Below are positions 21,102-28,497 of a stretch of 54,468 nucleotides of DNA, piece by piece. A program made the translations under genes and the position numbers. The DNA is from Dehalococcoidia bacterium. GTDB taxonomy: Bacteria; Chloroflexota; Dehalococcoidia; Lucifugimonadales; UBA2985. Within the stretch, counting starts at the first letter, position 1; each line of letters opens with the position of its first letter. The stretch is from assembly GCA_015661155.1 (NCBI GenBank), contig JACVQK010000035.1, positions 1 through 54,468 on the forward strand. Direction: 5' to 3'. The notes under the pieces were generated by a model that had not been told where the DNA came from, searched no databases, and saw nothing but the letters and a program-made list of their open reading frames with translations.

Positions 21102-21140
21102 GCAGGGCAAGCCCTGCTTTCCTGTCAGGGCTTGCCCTGC
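21102..21140. repeat. Perfect 15-bp-stem hairpin GCAGGGCAAGCCCTG-(9 nt)-CAGGGCTTGCCCTGC (GCAGGGC module)
   Basis: Read directly. It lies between the convergent rpsI and oxidoreductase genes, 2 nt from the latter's stop. Confidence 0.85.
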
Positions 21141-21142
21141 CC

Positions 21143-22087
21143 TCAGTTGTAGAGCACTATCTTGCCGAAGAAGTCCGACGCCTCCATGACCCGGTGAGCC
21201 TCGGTGGCCTGCTCCAGGGGGAAGGCCTTCGCGATGACTGGCTTCAAGTCTCCTCGCGCGAGCAAGGGCAGTATCTTTGGCATGTCCTCCCTGGGACGCC
21301 CGCTTGATCCCATGATGGTCAGGTCCCGGGTCCAGAGCTGACCCAGGTGGAGTTGCACCAGGTGTCCCGCGCTCACCCCACAGTTGATGAAGCGTCCCCC
21401 CCGCTTGATGCTGGCAAAGCACTGCTCCCACACGGGAGCGCCTATGTGGTCCAGCACCAGGTCCACTCCCTGGCCGTCGGTGAGTTCCAGAACCCTTTTG
21501 GAGAACTCCTCCTCGCGGTAGTTGATCCCCACGTCGGCGCCCAGGGCCATGGCTTTCTCCAGCTTCTCATCGGTGCTGGCGGTGGTGAAGACGCGGCAGC
21601 CGGCCCCCTTGGCTATCTGGATGGCGGCGATGCCAACGCCGCTTCCCGCCGCCATGATAAGCACGTCCTCTCCCAAAGAGACCTTGTCCCGGCAGATCAG
21701 CAGGTGCCAGGCCGTGGGAAACACGACGGAGATCGTGGAGCCTTCCTGGTAGCTCATCCCTTCGGGCAGGGGATACAGGTCCTGGTAGGGGCCCTTGGCG
21801 TACTCCGCGTAGGCTCCCCGTAGTCTGCCAAAGACCCTGTCCCCCACCTGGATGTTGGTGACCCCCTCTCCCACCTGGACCACGTCTCCTGCTCCCTCCA
21901 TGCCCATGACCTGGGGGAGAGAGGTGCGAGTCCCGTGGGAGCCTTCTCGCACGAACATCTCCCTCCGGTTGAGGGAGCATGCCCGCACCTGCACCAGCAC
22001 CTCTTCCCGATCGATTCGGGGCTCTGGGACGTCCCCATATGTCAGTCTGTCCGGCTCTCCATACTCGGCTATGAACACCGCCTTCAT
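21143..22087 (-). CDS. Zinc-type alcohol dehydrogenase / quinone oxidoreductase family (MDR superfamily)
   Basis: MKAVFIAEYGEP...GMEGAGDVVQVGEGV...AAGSGVGIAAIQIAKGAG (Rossmann fold). Start moved to ATG 22087, which sits behind GAAGGAGG. Confidence 0.9.
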   Translation of the reverse strand: MKAVFIAEYGEPDRLTYGDVPEPRIDREEVLVQVRACSLNRREMFVREGSHGTRTSLPQVMGMEGAGDVVQVGEGVTNIQVGDRVFGRLRGAYAEYAKGPYQDLYPLPEGMSYQEGSTISVVFPTAWHLLICRDKVSLGEDVLIMAAGSGVGIAAIQIAKGAGCRVFTTASTDEKLEKAMALGADVGINYREEEFSKRVLELTDGQGVDLVLDHIGAPVWEQCFASIKRGGRFINCGVSAGHLVQLHLGQLWTRDLTIMGSSGRPREDMPKILPLLARGDLKPVIAKAFPLEQATEAHRVMEASDFFGKIVLYN

Positions 22088-22290
22088 GGCAACCTCCTTC
22101 TCTGCCGTCTTCTGTGGCCCACTGGCTCGCCACCAGCGATGGCTCATAATCTACGGGATTTGGCGGCCATGTCAAGGGAACCCCTGAGTCCAGCAGGGTC
22201 TTTCCATTGTCCCCCTGAGCCGAAGGCGAAGGGTCTGGTGGGGTAGGGAATAGCCCCCTCCCCAGAAGGATGAAAATAGCTCTGCCTAAT

Positions 22291-22404
22291 GTCATTCCGA
22301 ACGCAGCGCAGCGAAGTGAGGAATCTAGGGCCTACCATACTTGCTAAAGGCATAGGCCTTAGATTCCTCGGTCGTCCTTCAGAGAAGGACTCCCTCGGAA
22401 TGAC
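22291..22404. repeat. Long imperfect palindrome GTCATTCCGA...GAGGAATCTA / TAGATTCCTCGG...CGGAATGAC
   Basis: Outer arms (GTCATTCCGA/TCGGAATGAC) and inner arms (GAGGAATCTA/TAGATTCCTC) read directly. Intergenic. Confidence 0.75.
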
Positions 22405-22524
22405 AGGTGGGCAATGCCGGATGGCGTTTTCATAGCAATGACATTTAAGTGGCGGTGACAGTTTTGGGACCGGCTCAGGGACAGAGTTTTCAAAGACCCT
22501 GCCTCCAAGGGGGCACGGTTGACA

Positions 22525-23919
22525 ATGAGCAAGGAGAAGGGCATCATGACACGCGAGGGACACTCAGGGGAGATGGGAAAGCACACGCCTTTGTCGAGAA
22601 GACTCCTGCGCTCTTTCATGCTGGCTCTGTCGGTGCTGGCGGTATCGGCGGGTCTGGCGGGCTTTGCCCTGGGCCAGGGGGGCCACGCCATCCTCATAGA
22701 CATAGACGACGTCATCAACCCCGTCACCGCGGGTTTTCTCCACCGGGCGGTGGACAGGGCTGAGAAGGATGAGGCGGAGCTCCTCATAGTGCGGCTGGAT
22801 ACCCCCGGGGGGCTTTTCTCCTCGACCCGGGACATGGTGTCGGACCTCCTGGAGGCGGAAGTCCCCTCCGTTGTCTACGTGGCGCCCGGAGGGGCCCACG
22901 CCGCCTCCGCGGGCACCTTCATAGCCGCGGCGGCCAACTTCGCCGTTATGGCCCCGGGCACCAACATCGGCGCTGCCAGCCCCGTTGGTGCCGGGGGTGA
23001 GGACCTGCCGGAAACCCTGGCGAGCAAGGCCACTCAGGACGCCGCCGCCCTCATGCGGGACATCGCCGCGAAGCGGGGCCGGAACTCAGAGAAGCTGGAG
23101 GAGACGGTGCTCAAGGCCACGGCCTACTCCTCCGAAGAGGCGGTGGAGCTGAAGGTGGTGGACTTCATCGCCCTGAATCTGGATGACCTGCTGCAAAAGC
23201 TGGACGGCCAGACCGTGGAAACCGCCGCCGGCCCCCGCACACTGCACACCGAAGGGTTGCAGGTTCGCACCCTGGGCATGAGCTTTACGGAGCGGTTTCT
23301 CCTCATCATTTCCGACCCAAACATCGCGTTTATCCTGCTCGTCGTCGGCGGCCTGGGCATTGTGATCGAGCTGTTCAGCCCTGGCGCGATAGTGCCCGGG
23401 GTGGTGGGGGCCATTTCCCTGCTCCTGGCCTTCGTTGCCCTGGGGAATCTGCCGGTGAACTGGGCCGGCGTTACCTTTATCCTCCTGGCCATGGCTCTGC
23501 TGTTCCTGGAGGCCCAGGTAGCGGGTTTCGGAATCCTGGGCGTAGGGGCTATAATAAGCTTTGTAGTAGGGGGGCTTCTGCTTTTCTACCGTTCCGGCGA
23601 TCCGTCCCCTACCATGCCTACCATGGGAGTGAGCCTGTGGGTGCTCTTACCCACGACAGCCATTCTGGTGGGAGGAGGGAGCTGGGTCGTGATGGCGATG
23701 ATCAAGTCCAGGCGTGCCGTCACCTTCTCCACGGCCGAGACCGTGATGGGTAAGGTGGGTACTGTAACCACAGACCTGGCTCCCATCGGCACTGTACAGC
23801 TCACCAGCGAGCTCTGGACGGCAGTTGCCGACAACGAGGAGGTGATCAGGGCGGGGGAGAAGGTGAGGGTGGTGGGCCTGGAGGGGCTGACCATCAGGGT
23901 ATCGAAGACCAGAGAGTAG
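22525..23919 (+). CDS. NfeD-family membrane-bound ClpP-class serine protease (stomatin operon partner)
   Basis: Signal/TM segment, ClpP-like domain (IVRLDTPGGLFSSTRDMV...ASAGTFIAAAAN), central TM bundle and a C-terminal OB (NfeD) domain. Start uncertain: 22519, 22525 or 22546. Confidence 0.88.
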   Translation: MSKEKGIMTREGHSGEMGKHTPLSRRLLRSFMLALSVLAVSAGLAGFALGQGGHAILIDIDDVINPVTAGFLHRAVDRAEKDEAELLIVRLDTPGGLFSSTRDMVSDLLEAEVPSVVYVAPGGAHAASAGTFIAAAANFAVMAPGTNIGAASPVGAGGEDLPETLASKATQDAAALMRDIAAKRGRNSEKLEETVLKATAYSSEEAVELKVVDFIALNLDDLLQKLDGQTVETAAGPRTLHTEGLQVRTLGMSFTERFLLIISDPNIAFILLVVGGLGIVIELFSPGAIVPGVVGAISLLLAFVALGNLPVNWAGVTFILLAMALLFLEAQVAGFGILGVGAIISFVVGGLLLFYRSGDPSPTMPTMGVSLWVLLPTTAILVGGGSWVVMAMIKSRRAVTFSTAETVMGKVGTVTTDLAPIGTVQLTSELWTAVADNEEVIRAGEKVRVVGLEGLTIRVSKTRE

Positions 23920-23935
23920 TAGAGGAGGTGAGCCG

Positions 23936-24775
23936 GTGTTCTGGAGAGTAGTGAACCAGTACGAGCGTATGATAGTCCTGCGGTTTGGTAGGGTGTACGG
24001 GGGCGTGCGGGGGCCGGGTATCAGGTTGGTTCTTCCCTTTATGGACAGGCCCATCAAGGTGGACTGTCGCGAGCAGGTGGATCGGGTGCCAACTCAGAAG
24101 TACATTACCGCCGATAACGTGGTGGTGGATATGGACTTTGTTATCTACTACAAGGTCCTGGAGGACCAGGTGGATAAGGCGATGCTGGATGTGGAGAACT
24201 ACCGGGCGGCCACTATAAACCTCTCCTTCGCCACCCTGAGGGCCGTGATCGGCGCTACCACCCTGTCCCAGGCGTTGTCGGAGAGGGAGAGGATCCGCGA
24301 CCTGCTTCAGGTGCGGATGGACGAGGTGACAGGCCGCTGGGGGGTCAAGGTGAGGCAGGTGGAGATCAACGAGATCGACCCGCCCATGGGGGTGAAGGCC
24401 GCCATGGAGCGGGAGAAGTCCGCCGCGGCCATAAAGACCGCCGCGATCACCGAGTCTGAAGGGGTGCGCCAGGCCGCCATCAACCGCGCCGAGGGTGAGA
24501 AACAGGCGTCTATTCTCCAGGCGGAGGGGGAGAGGCAGGCCGAAATCCTCAAGGCCGAGGGAGACCAGCAGGCGGCCATCCTGCGAGCCCAGGGGTTCAG
24601 CACGGCCCTGGAGAGGATCAACGTCGTGGCCCAGACCATTGATGCCCGAACCATGAACCTTCAGTACTTCGAGACTCTGAAGCATATGGGAGACGGGGCC
24701 TCCACCAAGTTCATCTTCCCCCTGGAGTTCAGCAGCATGATCCAGTCCTTCCTCGGCTCACTGGGTCAGCGGTAA
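23936..24775 (+). CDS. SPFH/Band-7 (stomatin-like) protein, apparently without the usual N-terminal membrane anchor
   Basis: VNQYERMIVLRFGRVYG...ITADNVVVDMDFVIYYKV...GVKVRQVEINEIDPP, followed by a coiled coil. GTG start 6 nt after GAGGAGG and 16 nt after the nfeD stop. Confidence 0.9.
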   Translation: MFWRVVNQYERMIVLRFGRVYGGVRGPGIRLVLPFMDRPIKVDCREQVDRVPTQKYITADNVVVDMDFVIYYKVLEDQVDKAMLDVENYRAATINLSFATLRAVIGATTLSQALSERERIRDLLQVRMDEVTGRWGVKVRQVEINEIDPPMGVKAAMEREKSAAAIKTAAITESEGVRQAAINRAEGEKQASILQAEGERQAEILKAEGDQQAAILRAQGFSTALERINVVAQTIDARTMNLQYFETLKHMGDGASTKFIFPLEFSSMIQSFLGSLGQR

Positions 24776-24806
24776 CAGACGGAAAACGGCGGTTGGGGCT
24801 GCGATA

Positions 24807-24858
24807 GGCTCAGGACGAGCGGGATTCTTGCTCCGCTCATGGTGAGCCTGTCGAACCA
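24807..24858. repeat. Imperfect hairpin of the TGAGCYTGTCGAACC family
   Basis: GGCTCAGGACGAGCGG...CCGCTCATGGTGAGCCTGTCGAACC. It shares its core with 20961, 28334 and 28421. Confidence 0.7.
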
Positions 24859-24871
24859 CCAGAGGTGAGAG

Positions 24872-25663
24872 ATGGACCTGGGTCTGAAGGGTAAGGTCGC
24901 CATTGTGGGTGGGTCCAGCCGCGGCCTGGGAAAGGCCACGGCTCTGGCCCTGGCCCAGGAGGGGGCCCACGTGGTCATCTGCGCCCGCCACGAGGAGGCG
25001 CTGAAGCAGGCCGCCCAGGAGATAGGGCGACTTGGCTCCGGTCTGGTTCACGCGGTGCCCATGGACATGTCCGCGTACCTTGACATAAGGCGTCTGGTGG
25101 GGGAAACGGTGGACAGGTTCGGCGGGGTGGACATCCTGGTGAACAACGCCGGAGGCCCACCAGGAGGGCCTCCCCTGGATGTGACGGAGGAGCAGTGGCA
25201 GGGGGCGCTGGAGCAGAACTTCCTGAGCGCCGTGCGCCTGAGCGGTGAGGTCATCCCCTACATGCGACAAAGGGGCTGGGGCCGCATCATCAACATCCTA
25301 TCGGTTTCCGTGAAGCAGCCGATACAGAACCTCGTGCTGTCCAACTCCGTGCGGATGGCCGTGGTGGGGTTTGCCAAGACCCTGGCTGACGAGGTGGCCC
25401 AGTACAACATAACCGTCAACAACGTCCTCCCCGGCAACATCCTCACGGACCGCCTCCGCTCCTTGCACCAGGCCCAGGCAGAGCGACAGAGTGGGTCTGT
25501 GGAGGAGGTGCAGGAGGAGAGCGCCCGGAGCGTACCCATGGGCCGCTTCGGGCGACCCGAGGAGCTGGCCAGCCTGGTTGCCTTCCTGGCCTCGGGGAGG
25601 GCCAGCTACATCACCGGGGCCAGCATTCAGGTGGACGGCGGCTCCCTCAGAACCATGTACTAG
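24872..25663 (+). CDS. SDR-family oxidoreductase (FabG-like)
   Basis: GKVAIVGGSSRGLGKA (TGxxxGxG-type motif), NNAG, and the conserved length of a classical SDR. Confidence 0.88.
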   Translation: MDLGLKGKVAIVGGSSRGLGKATALALAQEGAHVVICARHEEALKQAAQEIGRLGSGLVHAVPMDMSAYLDIRRLVGETVDRFGGVDILVNNAGGPPGGPPLDVTEEQWQGALEQNFLSAVRLSGEVIPYMRQRGWGRIINILSVSVKQPIQNLVLSNSVRMAVVGFAKTLADEVAQYNITVNNVLPGNILTDRLRSLHQAQAERQSGSVEEVQEESARSVPMGRFGRPEELASLVAFLASGRASYITGASIQVDGGSLRTMY

Positions 25664-25667
25664 GCAG

Positions 25668-25785
25668 GCAGGGCGTGCCCTGCTGGGCGCGGCCCAGACC
25701 CACATCTCACAGACCCTCCTTCCTGGAATGGACAGCTTGCCCATGAATGCCTCTGAGGAGTGTGGGTGCAGGGCTTGTCCTGCCT
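25668..25785 (+). repeat. GCAGGGCGTGCCCTGC palindrome followed by a free-standing copy of the short TIR element (GGCCCAGACCCACATCTCAC ... GAGTGTGGGTGCAGGGC)
   Basis: The termini are inverted repeats of each other. The same element is found nested inside the composite copies at 40364 and 41623, and partly at 43806. Confidence 0.7.
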
Positions 25786-25803
25786 TGCTGCATGGAGTAT
25801 AAT
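25775..25803 (+). promoter_or_regulatory. Candidate sigma70-type promoter
   Basis: TTGTCC, a 17-nt spacer, then a perfect TATAAT (25798-25803), about 57 nt upstream of an SD-led small ORF. Confidence 0.4.
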
Positions 25804-25860
25804 ACGCATTAAGAAGCAGAAAAGCTAGTAATAGAGACAAACCAGGAAGGAGGAGTAGGC

Positions 25861-25968
25861 ATGGCATCTACACAGGTTCTCACAATCCCTTCCACGACAG
25901 AAGAGCAGGTTGCTGAACCCTCGATTGAGATGGAGACTGTTGCCGAGGAGGCGAGACCAGGATTCTGA
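25861..25968 (+). CDS. Candidate small acidic ORF (35 aa) with a very strong SD; hypothetical
   Basis: GGAAGGAGGAG lies 6 nt before the ATG. Translation: MASTQVLTIPSTTEEQVAEPSIEMETVAEEARPGF, then TGA. The frame stays open for 32 more codons after the TGA. No family recognised. Confidence 0.25.
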   Translation: MASTQVLTIPSTTEEQVAEPSIEMETVAEEARPGF

Positions 25969-26130
25969 GGGGCATTGCGCTGGCGGGCCCAGAACATCTT
26001 CTGGAACTATATGGAACGCCAGGGCCAGTTAGCGCTTTACGGCAGTTTCGATGGGTTAGACGATGAGTGATAAGGCAAGCGGCCACCGTCGGTGGTCGTT
26101 GCCGGGTCCGCAGGGCAGCCAGGACATTGA

Positions 26131-26160
26131 GGGGGCCTCTCACGAGGGTGGCCCCCTTTC
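26131..26160 (+). terminator. Candidate intrinsic terminator hairpin
   Basis: GGGGGCC-(12 nt)-GGCCCCC followed by TTT, downstream of the small ORF. Confidence 0.3.
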
Positions 26161-26289
26161 CATTGGACCTATCGCTGACCTGGTCGCCGATGGTGCAAGT
26201 CCAGGGTTTCACTCTCACCCGGGAAGTGAGCATATTTCTGCAACCAGGTACTGGGGGCCGCTGTTCAGAGTTAGGGATTACCAGAGGCT

Positions 26290-26413
26290 GTTCGGAAATG
26301 CTGTTCCGGGGGAGTGCAGAGGGGGTCTGGGGGTGTCCCCCAGATTCGTTTTACTCCCCCTCTCCCTTGGCAGGGGAGAGGGGGACACAGGGGGTGAGGG
26401 TTTTCCGAATAGC
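26290..26413 (-). repeat. Degenerate or partial copy of the ~150-bp MITE-like composite element
   Basis: Contains GGGGAGTGCAGAGGG, GGTCTGGGGGTGTCCCCCAGA and a variant palindrome CCCCCTCTCCC-TTGGCA-GGGGAGAGGGGG. Confidence 0.65.
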
Positions 26414-26415
26414 TT

Positions 26416-26895
26416 CTACGAGACGGGTGGGGTGTCGGTGGAGGGGCCACTTCCGCTGTATTTCTGCTCTATCGCTGCCCGGATGGTCTTCAAGGCAGCC
26501 CCGTCGTCATACCACTCCTCCACGTCCGCCGCCTCCTCGACGCAGATGTGGCAGTTGGAGTCGTGATCGTTAAAGGAGCCGTCCGCGTAGAAGAAACAGT
26601 CCTTCAGGCTGACGTGCCCCTGCGAGGGCCCACAGCCACAATAGCAGGGTATTGCCGGAAGGGCGTCCGGGACCCGGAGGGCAGCCTTGTAGCCTGCCAG
26701 GGTAGCGGCGGAGTTGTAGGCGTAGGTCGGAAGCTTCCCACCCGAGCGCCCGATCCCAGACGAAAGCGCCACGACCCCCACGACCAACCCCCCGGCGACG
26801 AGCGCCAGGATACTCCAGGGGCCGACCCAACGCCTCAGGGGCCCCTTGCCGTGAGTACCGCTCCGTCCCTTTTGTCTTTGCCCCTTTTGGATCAT
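26416..26895 (-). CDS. Membrane-anchored PCYCGC-motif protein
   Basis: Basic N-terminus, one TM (WSILALVAGGLVVGVVAL), then the literal IPCYCGCGPSQGH motif and CHIC. Confidence 0.85.
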   Translation of the reverse strand: MIQKGQRQKGRSGTHGKGPLRRWVGPWSILALVAGGLVVGVVALSSGIGRSGGKLPTYAYNSAATLAGYKAALRVPDALPAIPCYCGCGPSQGHVSLKDCFFYADGSFNDHDSNCHICVEEAADVEEWYDDGAALKTIRAAIEQKYSGSGPSTDTPPVS

Positions 26896-26909
26896 TATCT
26901 AGCGCCTCC

Positions 26910-28298
26910 TCAATGCAGTATTACCCCCGCGGGCAGAAGAAACAGGTACAGGAAAGTCGCCGAAAACAGCAGCACCAGGGCCCCGTGGGGCAGTGCCCTG
27001 GACAGGGCCCCCATATCTCCCCCCCTTTTCGCCACCCTTGCTACCACGTAGAGGGCTCCCAGGGTACCCAGAGCGAGGATGGCGAGTTGGAGCGCCTTTA
27101 CGGGGAGGTCTACCTGGTAGAAGGAGCCTCGCACCGGTGGAGGTAGATCGAAGGGGGCGAGGGAGAAGGTGAGCTGGTTGATGGCCACCTGAATCGCCCT
27201 TGCTCCGTGGCTGGCCAGGCGAAAGGCGGAGACGCCCGCGTACGCGGCCAGGGCCAGGGGAAGAAAGCTGTACGCGAAGCTCGCCGGGTTCAACGGTTTT
27301 CCCCCGTCGCTGAGCCTGGTGTAGAGGTGAGTGGCAAGGAGGTAGGAGCCCATTGTCAGGGCGACCACTGCCAGGAGGCTCAGGGAGAAGACCAGGTCAT
27401 AGCTGGTCAGGATGTTCTTCTCCAGTGCCCACTGCATGTAGCTGGGGAACAGCCGGGTCGTCTGGATGGCCTCCACGAAGGCGATGGCTACCAGGGTGAG
27501 GGCAAAAAAGACCTCCCCCGTGAGGGGGCGCTTCACTTGCGCCAGCTCTCTGCCGGGATGAAGCAGGGTGAGGCGCATGGCACCATACTGGCAGGACTTC
27601 ACACAGTTGCCACAGAGGTTGCAGTTCCGGTTGGTCTCCAACGTCGTGGGGAGCTCGAAGAGGGGGCAAACCTTCATCTCCGCCTGGAGCACCTGCCGCT
27701 TATCTATCCGGCAATCGTTCCGGCAGACCTCTTTCGCGGGGCGAAGACCCACTATCCCGGTCATGGAGTATATCCCGCTGAACATGCCCAGGGGGCAGAG
27801 GTAGCGGCACCAGACCCGCCCGTGGTAGGCCAGGCTCATTGTCACGGCCCCCCCCACCATGAGCAGCAGGACTACGGCCGTTTCCCGCGGCCAGCAGCAT
27901 ATGTGGCGCACCATGCCGATCCAGAAGAGCCCAAGGAAAAGGCTCCCCATGATCCACGGGCCACCCTTTTTGAGGAAGTCGCCGGCTATTCGCCGTTTTG
28001 GGGCCGGTGCCTTTTGAGCCAGGTCGCTGACGGCTCCTACGGGGCAGACGCCGCACCAGAGCCTGCCGAAGAGGAAGAAGGAAAGGGGAAGGAGCAACCA
28101 CCACAGCCTCCACGTCACCACCACGGCGAAGTTGTCCTCTCCCAGGGGAGGTCCCAGAAAGGCGTAGAGCAGCACGAGAGCAAACATGGCTCCCGAGAGT
28201 ATCTGAAAAACCAGCGGGTAGAGCCGGCTGGCCAGTATGCTGTTGAAGAAGGAGAGTCTCGACAACTTTACACCCTTGTTAACCAGGATAGCACACAT
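26910..28298 (-). CDS. NapH/MauN/CcoG-like integral-membrane 4Fe-4S polyferredoxin
   Basis: Multi-TM protein with FGRLWCGVCPVGA and GRVWCRYLCPLG membrane-edge Cys motifs, plus a CxxCxxCxxxC ferredoxin motif (CNLCGNCVKSC). Confidence 0.85.
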   Translation of the reverse strand: MCAILVNKGVKLSRLSFFNSILASRLYPLVFQILSGAMFALVLLYAFLGPPLGEDNFAVVVTWRLWWLLLPLSFFLFGRLWCGVCPVGAVSDLAQKAPAPKRRIAGDFLKKGGPWIMGSLFLGLFWIGMVRHICCWPRETAVVLLLMVGGAVTMSLAYHGRVWCRYLCPLGMFSGIYSMTGIVGLRPAKEVCRNDCRIDKRQVLQAEMKVCPLFELPTTLETNRNCNLCGNCVKSCQYGAMRLTLLHPGRELAQVKRPLTGEVFFALTLVAIAFVEAIQTTRLFPSYMQWALEKNILTSYDLVFSLSLLAVVALTMGSYLLATHLYTRLSDGGKPLNPASFAYSFLPLALAAYAGVSAFRLASHGARAIQVAINQLTFSLAPFDLPPPVRGSFYQVDLPVKALQLAILALGTLGALYVVARVAKRGGDMGALSRALPHGALVLLFSATFLYLFLLPAGVILH

Positions 28299-28333
28299 CT
28301 ATCCGTTTTTCTATTGAGCGTTCAGGCTCGACC

Positions 28334-28455
28334 CCGCTCATGGTGAGCTTGTCGAACCACATGAGCGGGGAGCGTAGGGGCGATTCATGAATCGCCCCTA
28401 CGGAAGATGCGCTGCCGCGTCCGCTCACGCCCCTCGACAAGCTCAGGGTGAGCGG
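28334..28455. repeat. Cluster of three palindromes: CCGCTCATG...CATGAGCGG, the perfect 28-bp GTAGGGGCGATTCATGAATCGCCCCTAC, and CCGCTCAC...GTGAGCGG
   Basis: Read directly. The outer two carry the TGAGCTTGTCGA core in opposite orientations. Confidence 0.85.
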
Positions 28456-28497
28456 ACAAGAGCCAGCCTTTGGGAGCCTCGCATCCGCTTCCGGGTC

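Noticed and set aside
21102-21140. Calling the long hairpins after rpsI and the oxidoreductase gene canonical intrinsic terminators
   Set aside because: No U-tract follows on either strand. They belong to repeat families seen elsewhere, so they are annotated as repeats with only a possible terminator role.
25966-25968. TGA at the end of the small ORF as a selenocysteine codon
   Set aside because: No convincing SECIS-like hairpin with a GGUC-type loop lies at the proper distance, and there is no selenoprotein family resemblance. It is kept only as a low-confidence readthrough or nonsense note.
26200-26250. Cobalamin-riboswitch-like GGTGCAAGTCC box
   Set aside because: The flanking sequence lacks the GGGAA box, the GCCACTG B12 box and the expected pairing, and no downstream gene is on that strand.
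27207-28346. 379-aa + strand ORF
   Set aside because: It is antisense to the NapH-like membrane protein, has a Gly/Glu/Pro/His-rich low-complexity composition, and shows no TM or Fe-S motifs.
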